Shown here piece by piece: positions 49,854 to 60,214 of a DNA stretch of 64,000 nucleotides (within the stretch, counting starts at the first letter, position 1; each line of letters starts with the position of its first letter). This DNA is from Promethearchaeota archaeon (GTDB lineage: Archaea > Asgardarchaeota > Lokiarchaeia > Sigyniarchaeales > SOKP01). Location: contig JAHPZE010000023.1 of assembly GCA_019058365.1 (NCBI GenBank), positions 1 through 64,000 of the forward strand, in the 5' to 3' direction. The position numbers were made by a program, and so were the translations under genes. The notes beneath the pieces are model-generated. The model worked only from the letters and a program-made list of their open reading frames with translations, searched no databases and was not told where the DNA came from.

Positions 49854-50204
49854 TTATTTTGTTGTATTTAAGAAAGCCATAAATATTTGTTTGGACACAT
49901 CAGGTAAATCTTCAACGTATTTATTTACTTTTTCCATGAAATCTTCTTTTGAAATTGCCTCCTTTAATATATAATTGTCAATATCTCTAAATTTATTAGT
50001 AATTTTTTCGTAGGCATGCGTAAGAGAATCAAGATCCTTACTTATAGATAATTTCCATTCTTGGTCTACACTTATTTTATCCTTATCTTTGTCCTTTTCT
50101 TTTTTATCTTTTTCTTTTTTGTCTTTATCTTTTTTGTCCTTATCTTTCTCTTTTTCTTTATCTTTATCCTTTTTGTGTTTATCCTTTTCCTTTTCTTTTC
50201 CCAT
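49854..50204 (-). CDS. Hypothetical protein with a Lys/Asp/Glu low-complexity N-terminus
   Basis: About 43 aa of KDK/KEK repeats followed by a helical domain. Confidence 0.7.
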   Translation of the reverse strand: MGKEKEKDKHKKDKDKEKEKDKDKKDKDKKEKDKKEKDKDKDKISVDQEWKLSISKDLDSLTHAYEKITNKFRDIDNYILKEAISKEDFMEKVNKYVEDLPDVSKQIFMAFLNTTK

Positions 50205-50454
50205 AAAATCTCAACTGTTTAATAATTAGATTTAATCAAAAAATAAAACTTAGGATATTTAAAATTTTGGAGTTTATTCTCTTAACCTTTAAATAAGGGT
50301 GTGAAGTGATCCTTAATATTCTTGTTTCCAGCGGGTTGAATTTAGTAATGTTATTATCAGTCTAAGATTAAAAGATATTTTAAATCGAATAAAAATTTAA
50401 GAATTAATTAAGTGAAAAATTATTTTGCTAAGAGAAATAAGTTGAATTAAACAA

Positions 50455-51450
50455 ATGAAAAATATTGTAGTTCTTTTTTATGACAAGATAAACGATGTTA
50501 AAATTTATGATTTTAAATTACCTATAGATGGCTATACAGATTTTAAAGATTTTCAAAAAGAGTTAGATTTATTAAAGAATAGATACAAAATTTTAATGTT
50601 AGATGCTCACAATAAAAGCATCGATTATTTTTTTCAGAATAAGGACCAAATCGACTTAGTTGTTAATTTAGCAGATAATGGATATGAAAATGATTTTTCT
50701 AAAAATGCGTTTTTTATTGAATTATTCAATTTTTTAGAGATAAAATATACAGGTCGACAAGCTAATAATGTTGAATTTTTCGAACGAAAAGATCTCATGT
50801 TATATGTATTCGATTATTTGGGAATCAATTATCCAAATACAGCAATGTATTATCAGGGGATTGATCTGCCATTTTTAGAAGAAAAAATTAATACGCTAAG
50901 ATTCCCGGTTATTGTAAAAATGGGCATTTCGGGAGATTCTTTACTCCTTGATGAAAATAGTATTTGTAATTCGTATAAAGAAATTATTGATAGAATTGAA
51001 TACATTGAAAAGGTTTTAGGACAAAAAGAGGTTATCCTTATTCAAGAGTTTGTGAAAGATGCACGGGAATACACAACATTAATTATCGGTAATGATACGT
51101 GTAATGATGTTCAAGCGTTTACAATACAAGTAACTCCAAAAAAATTTTATGACTTCGAGCAAAAAAATTATAGCTCACTTCCTGTTGATGATTTCTATAA
51201 GAAACCAGATATTAAAAATTCAAATTTATTAAAGAATATCGAGAATAAGCTATGTGATTTAAAAACAATTACCAAATGCATGGATTATGTAAGATTTGAT
51301 TGGTTGCTAGACGAGCATTCTAATTTTTTTATACTTGATTTAAATGCCAATCCCTCTTTTGATTCTGAGCTTTTTAAACTTTATAATGAATTTTTTTCGA
51401 TAAAAGGAAGAATTTTAGGCTATATTATCAATTCTGCTTTGAAGAGATAA
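50455..51450 (+). CDS. ATP-grasp protein, D-Ala-D-Ala ligase-like
   Basis: IKYTG, FPVIVK..GDS, IQEFV...REYT, YVRFDW, LDLNANP. Confidence 0.78.
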   Translation: MKNIVVLFYDKINDVKIYDFKLPIDGYTDFKDFQKELDLLKNRYKILMLDAHNKSIDYFFQNKDQIDLVVNLADNGYENDFSKNAFFIELFNFLEIKYTGRQANNVEFFERKDLMLYVFDYLGINYPNTAMYYQGIDLPFLEEKINTLRFPVIVKMGISGDSLLLDENSICNSYKEIIDRIEYIEKVLGQKEVILIQEFVKDAREYTTLIIGNDTCNDVQAFTIQVTPKKFYDFEQKNYSSLPVDDFYKKPDIKNSNLLKNIENKLCDLKTITKCMDYVRFDWLLDEHSNFFILDLNANPSFDSELFKLYNEFFSIKGRILGYIINSALKR

Positions 51451-51949
51451 CCATATAATAATAAATATTAATACTGATTTTATAAAAAAGGATAAAATCA
51501 TGAGTGAATTGAATAATATAGAAAGAGGGCTATATATTAAGCAATTGGAGGAATGTTTAACTTGGTGTTTCTAATCTCATTTTGCGCTATCCGTGTACCG
51601 GATATGGATAAGATAGAAAATTCTGGATTAGCTTGGGTATAGGTTTTTTAATAAGTTTAATGATTACCGGGACTATACTTGTTCATGATTTATTATTTCA
51701 TATAGAAACATTTGGAGATACATTACCAACATAAATAGCTGCTGTTCTAAGTTTAGCAGTTATTATTAGTTTTATACTAATTTATAATCAGATTTTTCCG
51801 ATTAATATGGTTCCAGAACCTTAGATTAATCTCGATGATATCTTAAAAAAAATACTGATATAAAATTTTAAAATCTATAATCAAATACTAATCAATTTTT
51901 AGGATAATGTTTTTTAATTTGAAAAATAAGAGTATAGTGATTATGAGTA

Positions 51950-52645
51950 GTGATGGGTATGTCAAAGACAAGTAAAAAGAAAAAGCAACTTCCGCGATTA
52001 CAAGTAGCTTTAGATTTTGAAAGCTTAGATGATGCATTGGCGATTGCAAAAAAAGTGGCTCAATTTATAGATATTTTAGAGGTTGGAACACCTTTAATAA
52101 AATCCGAAGGAATGCGCGCTATTCACGTGTTAAAGGAGGCACACCCTAACAAGCTGATCTGTGCAGATTTAAAAACGGCAGATGCGGGATACCTTGAAGT
52201 ACAGATGGCAGCTAAAGCAAAAGCTGATATTGTCACAATACTTGCAGATGCTTATGATGCTACAATCAAGGAAGCTTTACGCGCTGCATATGATTATCAC
52301 GTAGAAATAATGGCAGATCTTATCGTGTCTCGATCACCTGCTATCACATTAGCGGGTCTCATAGATCTTAAATACAAAAACACAAAATTGCATTATGCAC
52401 TAGTGCATAGCGGCTTGGATCGCCAAGCTTCACGACGAGCTCCATTGTTTGAGTTAGAATCAATAGCACGGTTAAGAGATCATCCGCGATTAGCAATAGC
52501 AGGTGGTATAAGAGTCTCTGATATTCCTAATATCTTAGCTTTTCCTTTGGATATTATTATTGTAGGAGGCGGAATTACTCATGCCAAAGATCCATGCAAC
52601 GCTGCAGAGAAGATTCGAAACGCCATTAACAAGTATTCTAAATGA
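51950..52645 (+). CDS. hxlA: 3-hexulose-6-phosphate synthase (HPS/KGPDC family)
   Basis: LQVALD, ILEVGTPLIKSEG, ADLKTADAG, H.GLD.Q, AGGI, IVGGGIT. Confidence 0.8.
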   Translation: MMGMSKTSKKKKQLPRLQVALDFESLDDALAIAKKVAQFIDILEVGTPLIKSEGMRAIHVLKEAHPNKLICADLKTADAGYLEVQMAAKAKADIVTILADAYDATIKEALRAAYDYHVEIMADLIVSRSPAITLAGLIDLKYKNTKLHYALVHSGLDRQASRRAPLFELESIARLRDHPRLAIAGGIRVSDIPNILAFPLDIIIVGGGITHAKDPCNAAEKIRNAINKYSK

Positions 52646-53221
52646 AAACGACGCCTTAAACTTGAGAGAAAGTTTGTTCTGGAGGAGATTATTATTTTCA
52701 TCAGAAGTATGATTTTTTCTTCGATTCTTTATCGTGTATATTATTAATCGTATTATATAGACAATTAGAGCTGCTAAGAAACACCAAACACAGATCATTG
52801 TTTCTAATGATCCAGCTGAACTAGTACTCCTGTAGAAAGGATTAAAATCAAAAGGAAAAAATGGTCTAATATCCGTGTACATAGGAGAATCGAGTAAAAT
52901 ATGAATATAAATTCCAAGGAGAGAGGCGAACAAAATTTTTTTAAAAGAGATTTCTTGTTCAATTTTGAAAAATTTCATAAGTGGAGTGAAATATTCTCTG
53001 ATTTTAGTCATTATCACTGTAAGAACAAGGGCAATTATTGTACCCCCTAAAAAGCTATGGAAAAAACCATGGAGAGGATAATTTAAATTAAAAAATAAAA
53101 CACAAAAAGGTTCAATGTCAATGATTACACTTGCTATAAGAAAAGTGGGGAAATCAATAAAGTTAAGAAATAATAGCCCTATAAATAAGCCAGGTCCAAA
53201 GTGATATGGTGTAAATGGCAT
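52535..53221 (-). CDS. Membrane-bound metal-dependent hydrolase (YdjM/DUF457-like)
   Basis: MPFTPYH.GP, DIEP, HGFFHS, HILLD, PFFP. Confidence 0.8.
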   Translation of the reverse strand: MPFTPYHFGPGLFIGLLFLNFIDFPTFLIASVIIDIEPFCVLFFNLNYPLHGFFHSFLGGTIIALVLTVIMTKIREYFTPLMKFFKIEQEISFKKILFASLLGIYIHILLDSPMYTDIRPFFPFDFNPFYRSTSSAGSLETMICVWCFLAALIVYIIRLIIYTIKNRRKNHTSDENNNLLQNKLSLKFKASFSFRILVNGVSNLLCSVAWIFGMSNSASYNNNIQRKS

Positions 53222-53290
53222 ATAAATAAATACATATTAGAAAGTGTTATATTTTTTATTACAATTCAATATTGTTACTAATTAAAAAAT

Positions 53291-53812
53291 TTATAAAAAT
53301 CGATCATCCAATTCCATACCACAGCTAGGACAATGCTTTTTCATGTGAAAATTTTTATCAGCTTTAATAATATTGACTAATTCGTTTTCTAGATTAGAGT
53401 AAATATCCTTGAGCATTATATCTTCAATTGAAATTAGCTTCAACTTTCCTTTTTGATATAATTTAAGCTTTTCTTCTTTTCTCTTCATGTATTTTTTTCC
53501 ATAATAACCCCAATATTCTATATAAACTTCATATTCTGGCAGATACCAATCATACTTGATTAAATTACCTCGGATTCTTATTGCATTTTCATATTCATGC
53601 TCAAGACCAAGGCGATGGAGATGATTGTCAATTATTAATTCTCCTTTTGATTTTACGATGTGTCCATCAAGGCATTTAAAACTCGTTGCTCTTTGAGGGC
53701 GAAATTTTCTTCTATAAAAATTCAGAATTTTGAGAATAATCCAATAAATGATTCCAAAACATATAACAAAAATAATACCTCCTAAAATGAAAAAAACAAT
53801 AAGTTGCCTCAG
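53291..53812 (-). CDS. TM-anchored PD-(D/E)XK-like nuclease-fold protein with a C-terminal CxxC
   Basis: The frame is open 108 codons upstream of the ORF-track start: TM helix, DGHIVKSKGELIIDN, HEYE, DWYLP, YIEYWG, YMKRKEEK. CTG at 53812 lies 6 nt after AGGTGA. Confidence 0.78.
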   Translation of the reverse strand: MRQLIVFFILGGIIFVICFGIIYWIILKILNFYRRKFRPQRATSFKCLDGHIVKSKGELIIDNHLHRLGLEHEYENAIRIRGNLIKYDWYLPEYEVYIEYWGYYGKKYMKRKEEKLKLYQKGKLKLISIEDIMLKDIYSNLENELVNIIKADKNFHMKKHCPSCGMELDDRFL

Positions 53813-54026
53813 ATTTGATCACCTTTTATAGATTTCGATTATAGCAATCTATTTTCTACATTCAAAGGATCAACTTACCTTTTATTTAAACATTAGCACT
53901 TAGGAGTTAACAGTAATTTATCATACAGATATTTTGAATAAAAAAAAGAGAGTTCTTTATTTATTCAAAAATTCTATTAACAATTCAAGAATTTAACTTT
54001 TCTTTTTAAACGAAAATTCTAATAAT

Positions 54027-54860
54027 TTAAATATGATTATTTAACCAATTACTAAGATCATTTAATACTATTCGTCTATCTTTTTCAAGCTCATTATATA
54101 CTTCATGATATAATCCATCATAGATTTTAATGGTTTTATCATCCATGGTAAACCAATTATTAAGTTCTTCAGCTCCCTTAATTAGTTTATCATCTGAGCC
54201 ACACTGAACTAATAAATTAATTTTAAAATCACTAATAACTCGTTTGAGATTATTGAAATTCTTTACCATCTCATAAGCTAACCTTGCGGAAATATTTTCA
54301 GCATTAACGAATGGATCGTTCTTATAATTTTGCACTACTTCTGAATCGTGGCTTAAAAATTTCGCATCAATTCTAGGGTTAAATTTCATTTTAGGTGCAA
54401 TTTTTGAGAAAATTTTAGCTAAGAATTTTAAAAATCCGATAGTTTCTTTACCGGGGTTTGTGCCCACTCCCGAAAGAATAAGACCATTTAAAAGTTGCTC
54501 GTATTTTTCAGTAAAATAGATAGCAATAAATGAACCTAATGAATGACCTAACATGAATATAGGTAAATTAAGATGTTGTTCTTTTATTATATCGTAAAAT
54601 TTCTTTTCATCTTCAATAAACTGGTCAAATAAATCCACGTAATTCCTTAATCCTTCAGATTTTCCATGTCCACGATGATCGTTGGCATAAATTGCATAGC
54701 CTTTTGGAACTAATTCATTTACTATATGTAGATACCTACCAGAATGCTCAAATCCTCCATGTACAAGCTGAATAACCGCTTTAGAAGATTCTGGAATCCA
54801 ACCTTGATAATAAATTTGTAAATCTTTTACTCCTTTAAATGCTCCTTCTATATGTTTCAT
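54027..54860 (-). CDS. Lysophospholipase/monoacylglycerol lipase (alpha/beta hydrolase)
   Basis: VHG..EHSGRY, DHRGHGKS, GHSLG, YHEVYNE. Confidence 0.9.
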   Translation of the reverse strand: MKHIEGAFKGVKDLQIYYQGWIPESSKAVIQLVHGGFEHSGRYLHIVNELVPKGYAIYANDHRGHGKSEGLRNYVDLFDQFIEDEKKFYDIIKEQHLNLPIFMLGHSLGSFIAIYFTEKYEQLLNGLILSGVGTNPGKETIGFLKFLAKIFSKIAPKMKFNPRIDAKFLSHDSEVVQNYKNDPFVNAENISARLAYEMVKNFNNLKRVISDFKINLLVQCGSDDKLIKGAEELNNWFTMDDKTIKIYDGLYHEVYNELEKDRRIVLNDLSNWLNNHI

Positions 54861-55059
54861 ACGTTACACACAAATTTTATATTATAAATAATGAAATATT
54901 TTTTTTTTAAATATATAATGAAATGACTCGTATCAATTCTCCTTAATTACGAAGGTTATATATAATTAATCCTCGAAAATTCATTAATTAGTAATTCTTA
55001 AAATATTATGATTAACTGAAAAGCTAAATAGATTTATAGTTAATTTTCTAAATATTATT

Positions 55060-56001
55060 ATGGAGAAAAAAGCTTATCGAATTGATATTCATCATCATAT
55101 TTTACCTCCAGAATATCTTAAATCTTTAGCGAAAATTGAAGTAATTACCGCTGGGAATGTAGCTTTTCCCACATGGGCTCCAGAAGAAAGTTTGGCGGTA
55201 ATGGATAAATTAGGTATAGGGACTGCGATAACTTCAATTTCTTCACCTGGAGTATATTTTGGAGATAGTAAATTCACAATAGAGTTGGCACGACTGTGCA
55301 ATGATTTTTCAGCTTATTTAATAAACAAGTATCCTCAACGATTTGGGGGATTTGCAACATTACCCTTACCAGATATTGAAGCATCATTGATCGAATTAGA
55401 GTATGCATTAGATACATTGGAATTAGATGGTGTTGTTCTACTTTCTAATATAAATGGAAAATATTTGGGTGATCCCGATTTCGAAGAACTCTTTTCAGAG
55501 CTAAGTCGGAGAAAAACAGTAGTATTTATTCATCCCGATGCACCTCCTGTTGAGAAACTCCCCAAACTCAGTTTTCCTACATCTGTGTTAGAATTTGTTT
55601 TTGATACAACCCGAACAGTTGCAAATCTGTTGCATCATGGAATCCTCAAACGATATTCTGAAATTAAATTTATTCTGGGGCATGCTGGAGGCGCTGCTCC
55701 TTATTTAGCTTGGAGGATTACTTTTGGGAATAAGAGGCTAATTAAATATCTAAAAAAGTTCTATTATGATATGGCAATATCAGCAACACCTTATGTATTT
55801 AATACCCTTATGGAATTAACAGATCCATCAAAAATGCTTTTAGGTAGTGATTATCCTTTTGTTCATGAAATTGTGGCAAAAGAAATGATTCAAGGAATTG
55901 GAACATATGAAGGATTTAATGAGGAAGATTGTACTGCTATTGAACAAGAGAATGCACGCTCTCTTTTTCCTCGTTTTAAATATGATCAATATACTATTTA
56001 G
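55060..56001 (+). CDS. Amidohydrolase-2 family protein (LigW/ACMSD-like decarboxylase)
   Basis: IDIHHH, FIHP, FDTTR, HAGG, GSDYP. Confidence 0.88.
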   Translation: MEKKAYRIDIHHHILPPEYLKSLAKIEVITAGNVAFPTWAPEESLAVMDKLGIGTAITSISSPGVYFGDSKFTIELARLCNDFSAYLINKYPQRFGGFATLPLPDIEASLIELEYALDTLELDGVVLLSNINGKYLGDPDFEELFSELSRRKTVVFIHPDAPPVEKLPKLSFPTSVLEFVFDTTRTVANLLHHGILKRYSEIKFILGHAGGAAPYLAWRITFGNKRLIKYLKKFYYDMAISATPYVFNTLMELTDPSKMLLGSDYPFVHEIVAKEMIQGIGTYEGFNEEDCTAIEQENARSLFPRFKYDQYTI

Positions 56002-56133
56002 AAAGATCCTTGTATTTAAATCAATGAATATTTTTTCATTAGTATGAGATTCTTTCAAATGTTATCGAAACATATAATGTGAAATTTATATGTTGGGATT
56101 TTCTTATAACATCTTAGAAAAGAAGAATATTCG

Positions 56134-56940
56134 GTGTGGATGGGAATGATCGTTATATTATCATATTTTCATACTAAAATCGGACCATTAATCTTTTATT
56201 CTTTTCCAAAAACTCAGTTGGATAGAGAAGTATTAGATAGAATATATGATATAATGGATCAACCGAGCAAGGAAGAATTTTTGAGTCAATCTTTCGAAAA
56301 TTTAAAATTATTGAACTATTATTTTCAAATACACTCAGATTGGGCTCGTGGTAAGAACGAAATGGTAATGGTCTCAATAATTATTAATCAGCAAATTTCA
56401 CCTGAAATTGAAGAGACTATTTCTATATTATGTAAAAAATTTTCAAAAAAGATGCAATCGAATGAAGAGATTTTTACTGGGTTCCATATATATGATTTAG
56501 ACAATTACGATGAAGTTGATAAACAAAGTATAATAAAGAACGATTCCTTGATCAAAGATTGGGTACAAGATTTATATTGGGAAGTAATGGGAGATACCAG
56601 AAGAAAATCAGAAGAAGAGAAAATAACTTTGTTATTAAATGACCGATATATATTTGAATCCTTAGAAGAGATGTCAAAAGAGTTGAAGACCATCAGTAGG
56701 GAGATCAGTTTAAGTAGGGATTCGCATAAAAAGAACTCTAATATCCAAAAATCAATTTCAACTTTGAATAAAATTATTGATGATTTATATGAAGGATATA
56801 TAGAAAAGATGACTGTGCTTGATATCGAGGATGAAAAAGGCTTATTGGTTACTGAAGATGAATTAAATGCTGATATTCAAAAAAATAAAAAAGAATTAAT
56901 TCGTGTTTTAGAAGAAGAAGTTACCCGAAATAAAAAATAA
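56134..56940 (+). CDS. Longin/uDENN-like domain protein with a coiled-coil C-terminus
   Basis: ILSYFHTKIGPLIFYSFP (F...GP...P pattern), NYYFQIHSDWARG..EM.MVSI. Confidence 0.55.
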   Translation: MWMGMIVILSYFHTKIGPLIFYSFPKTQLDREVLDRIYDIMDQPSKEEFLSQSFENLKLLNYYFQIHSDWARGKNEMVMVSIIINQQISPEIEETISILCKKFSKKMQSNEEIFTGFHIYDLDNYDEVDKQSIIKNDSLIKDWVQDLYWEVMGDTRRKSEEEKITLLLNDRYIFESLEEMSKELKTISREISLSRDSHKKNSNIQKSISTLNKIIDDLYEGYIEKMTVLDIEDEKGLLVTEDELNADIQKNKKELIRVLEEEVTRNKK

Positions 56941-56950
56941 CTTTTTAATC

Positions 56951-57667
56951 TTATTCATTTTTCCTAAATTCTTTAAGGTTATCTGGTGGCCACGCTCGAG
57001 GGGTAATACCATCTTTAATATAACGAAAATCACATATTGGTGCACCATTTCCGATTGTTTGGGTACGTTTCAAACCATATCCATATGCTTGAGCTTGTGC
57101 ATAATCTGAGATACATACAAATGGCATAAAATGCTCTGCTCCTTGACTTTTATAAAATTTGTATACACCACATTCAATATAATCTACTCCAAAAGTAAAC
57201 GTTTTCCCGTCACTCTCAACAAAATCTAATACCCAATCACCTGGATATTTACGTGCTTTCGAATTCTTAGCGTGTTCTTTTTCTTTAATGAAAAATTCCT
57301 CTGTGAAAATGTCATCGGTAGGTGGTATCACTTTGTAGAACGCCTCGTAAAGTTGATAAGTTAAGTTGCCAATCTCCATAAATTCAAGTCCTTCTTTCTC
57401 AAAAAATCGAAGAAACGGTAATAAAAGAGCGGCATTGATAAGAGAATCCGTTAGATGGTTATCATTACCTCCCACATAAGGAAGTTGGGGGATAAGTGTT
57501 TCGAATTCATCACGAGTATATGTAGAAATCTTATTGAATTTTAATTCTCCGAATTTATCTATTAATATTTGTTTTACTATATTTATTGCCACATTAAATG
57601 TTCTCATCAAAATTCTTTTTTTCTTTATATAATAGTTTGTTTCTTTTACATTAGACATTTTTTTCAA
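56951..57667 (-). CDS. L-2-amino-thiazoline-4-carboxylic acid hydrolase-like (ATC hydrolase) family protein
   Basis: LPYVGG, ECGVYKF, C..DY, RTQTIGNG...CDFR. Confidence 0.8.
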   Translation of the reverse strand: MKKMSNVKETNYYIKKKRILMRTFNVAINIVKQILIDKFGELKFNKISTYTRDEFETLIPQLPYVGGNDNHLTDSLINAALLLPFLRFFEKEGLEFMEIGNLTYQLYEAFYKVIPPTDDIFTEEFFIKEKEHAKNSKARKYPGDWVLDFVESDGKTFTFGVDYIECGVYKFYKSQGAEHFMPFVCISDYAQAQAYGYGLKRTQTIGNGAPICDFRYIKDGITPRAWPPDNLKEFRKNE

Positions 57668-57878
57668 TCTTGAGTTTCAATTCCTTTTAATAATATAGTT
57701 TTAAATTAAAAGTTTTTAATTAATTTTAATCTTATAAGAAAAGCATAATTCTTGCAATATTCTTTTAGAAAAAGCTGTGTTAATAATTTAAAGTCTTTAA
57801 TTATTAAAGCTTAACCTTTAAATCTAATTATTAAAATTAAAGGGATATGCCTCGGTATTTAGGCGAAAAAAGGAAGGA

Positions 57879-58110
57879 TTAATTTTTAGGAAATTTAATT
57901 TGATTCAGGTATTTTAACCATTCCTCGAAAGGTTTTCTTGCTTCCCACCATAAATATTTAGCATCATCATGAGGAATTTGAGTATCCATATAATATTGCT
58001 CATCTTCATGAATCATTTCTTTACATTTACGGAAACCAGCAATTAATATGTCAATATCTTCTGGAGGAAGAGATGGAATTTTCTGTTTCCAAATTGATTT
58101 AGGATATTTT
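57879..58110 (-). pseudogene. Probable 3' gene remnant without a start codon
   Basis: About 76 stop-free codons (KYPKSIWKQKIP...WWEARKPFEEWLKY) directly preceded by in-frame stops. Confidence 0.4.
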
Positions 58111-58199
58111 TATATCTATCAGAATGTTAAAAGTATCGTTGTACAATTTGAATAACTGCTTTGAGAAAATCTGGTACCATCATTAAAAATAAAAAAAAA

Positions 58200-58760
58200 T
58201 TAATAATGTGTGGAAGCAAAACCGAAGGCGATAAATATGATTAAACCCATTGTAAGGCACATAAATCCATAGATGTAATAAGCCCTGAGGTATTTATCAC
58301 TTAAAAACATAAGATCTGTCATATACCAACTCACACATCCACCAATACCCCAGATGGTTATGTCAGTTATAATATTTGTCGCACTGTCGAATATTACTTT
58401 TATTCCTACGAAATAAAGGAGTGTATTTTCTATAAGTTCCCAAAGTCCAGAGATAATAACGATAATTAACCAGTAAAGTACAAAACTTTTAAATTCTGGG
58501 TCGTTAATTGGATCTTTTGGAGTACCAGTTCTATTTTTGATAATCCACCCGATTGTAAATGCTATAACAAACAGTGAAACACCCCAAAGGAAATGTGCTA
58601 TTGACCAATAATCAAATGAGGCGATTGAGATTTCTGGTTCATTCAATGCTATTACAGGAACATTAAAAAATGCTCCTATTATAGCGGTTAGGATCAAAAC
58701 TACAAATAAACCCAGTATTATTAAAAGAGGTATGTTTCTTTTTTCCATAATTAAAACCAC
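58200..58760 (-). CDS. Hypothetical membrane protein (DxWSxxH / WExxEN type)
   Basis: FDYWSIAHFLWG, WELIEN, DS..N...D, about 5 TM helices. Confidence 0.7.
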   Translation of the reverse strand: MVLIMEKRNIPLLIILGLFVVLILTAIIGAFFNVPVIALNEPEISIASFDYWSIAHFLWGVSLFVIAFTIGWIIKNRTGTPKDPINDPEFKSFVLYWLIIVIISGLWELIENTLLYFVGIKVIFDSATNIITDITIWGIGGCVSWYMTDLMFLSDKYLRAYYIYGFMCLTMGLIIFIAFGFASTHY

Positions 58761-58877
58761 TTAATTATTTCAATTTAATTAGAATTTCATTTTTAGTAAC
58801 ATCGAATAAGATATCTTATAATAAATAACTTAACATTTTTACTGAAATCATTTAATAATACGTATAACAATCTCTTT

Positions 58878-59357
58878 TTAGATAAAAGGAGTATAATGTT
58901 TATTTCTCTTTTCTACATATTGCTGGTGGTACTCCTCTGCTTGCCAAAAATCTGAAGCGGGAACTATTTGAGTTACTATTTGCCTTTTAAAACGATGAGA
59001 TGCTTCCATCTTAGCCTTAGAATTCTCGGCTTTTTCCTTTTGCTTCAAATCTAAATAAAAAATTGCTGAACGATATTGTGTACCAACATCGGGACCTTGG
59101 CGATTTAAAGTTGTAGGATCATGAATAGACCAGAATACATCTAATAACTCGTCATATGATACTTTAGATGGATCAAATAAGATTTCTACAGCCTCTGCAT
59201 GACCAGTTTTATGGGAACACACGTCTTTATAAGTAGGATTGGAAAATTGGCCACCGATATATCCCACACGAGTAGATACAATACCTTCTAATTTTCTAAA
59301 ATTCGCTTCTATACCCCAAAAACAACCAGCCGCAAAAATAGCTTTTTCAATCTTCAT
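58878..59357 (-). CDS. msrA: Peptide-methionine (S)-S-oxide reductase
   Basis: AAGCFWG, GHAEAV, HDPTTLNRQGPDVGTQYRSAIF, AEEYHQQY. Likely ATG at 59357. Confidence 0.96.
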   Translation of the reverse strand: MKIEKAIFAAGCFWGIEANFRKLEGIVSTRVGYIGGQFSNPTYKDVCSHKTGHAEAVEILFDPSKVSYDELLDVFWSIHDPTTLNRQGPDVGTQYRSAIFYLDLKQKEKAENSKAKMEASHRFKRQIVTQIVPASDFWQAEEYHQQYVEKRNKHYTPFI

Positions 59358-59509
59358 ACTTTTATTCAATTGAATCATAAAGTTAAAGCTAAGTCTAATT
59401 TTATATAAATTTCTAAAGAATATTGGATTTTTATTATAAGAAAGTAGAAATAATACTTTTATTGTATATAAGGCAAGGATTCTAATAACTGTAATATCAT
59501 TTAAAAAGT

Positions 59510-59908
59510 ATGGAGTCTGAAAATACAAAAGATAATTGGAAAAAGAAGTTAACAAAAGAACAATATCGGGTCCTCCGCGAGAAAGGAACTGAACCCGCCT
59601 TTACAGGAAAATATTGGAACAATCATAAAGAAGGTATTTATAAGTGTGCGGGTTGCGGTGCACCATTATTCTCTTCTGAGAAAAAGTTTGATTCAGGAAC
59701 AGGATGGCCTAGCTTTGATAATCCTATTGATAAAGCTAATGTTGATGAAAAATTAGATACAAGTTATGGAATGAAACGCACTGAAGTGCTCTGTAGTAAA
59801 TGTGGAGGACATTTGGGGCATGTATTTAATGATGGACCAAAGACTACTGGATGTAGATATTGTATAAATTCAATATCCTTAGATTTTGAACCTGATAATC
59901 AGAAATAA
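59510..59908 (+). CDS. msrB: Peptide-methionine (R)-S-oxide reductase
   Basis: [39 protein letters not shown]. Confidence 0.96.
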   Translation: MESENTKDNWKKKLTKEQYRVLREKGTEPAFTGKYWNNHKEGIYKCAGCGAPLFSSEKKFDSGTGWPSFDNPIDKANVDEKLDTSYGMKRTEVLCSKCGGHLGHVFNDGPKTTGCRYCINSISLDFEPDNQK

Positions 59909-59932
59909 TTTTATAGGATAATATAATTTCCC

Positions 59933-60214
59933 TTAGTTTGTATTCCATTCTGAAAATCCAAGAATACTTCCACAGAAGGGACAATACCACATCTTTTTTC
60001 GCTTAGTATACTCACCTTTAAATCCTCGAAATTTTTTTCGTCCTTTTTTATCTACCTCAGTAGCATAAAAATCATAAATGTGAAGTTCTTTTTTACAAAA
60101 AGGGCATTTTGGGTTTACATGAGAAGATGATTTGAAATCATATCCACAACTGGGGCAAATTTGTTTATTAATATCAAGATCTAGTCCACATTTCCAGCAA
60201 CCTTTATTAAACAT
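59933..60214 (-). CDS. Double zinc-ribbon protein
   Basis: CWKC, CPSC, CPFC, CPFC. Confidence 0.75.
   Translation of the reverse strand: MFNKGCWKCGLDLDINKQICPSCGYDFKSSSHVNPKCPFCKKELHIYDFYATEVDKKGRKKFRGFKGEYTKRKKMWYCPFCGSILGFSEWNTN

Noticed and set aside
59358-59555. Long N-terminal extensions of MsrA (to 59555) and TetR (to 21053) in the ORF track
   Set aside because: The extensions overlap the divergent gene or its promoter and lack family similarity. Internal ATGs at 59357 and 20960 match the family N-termini.
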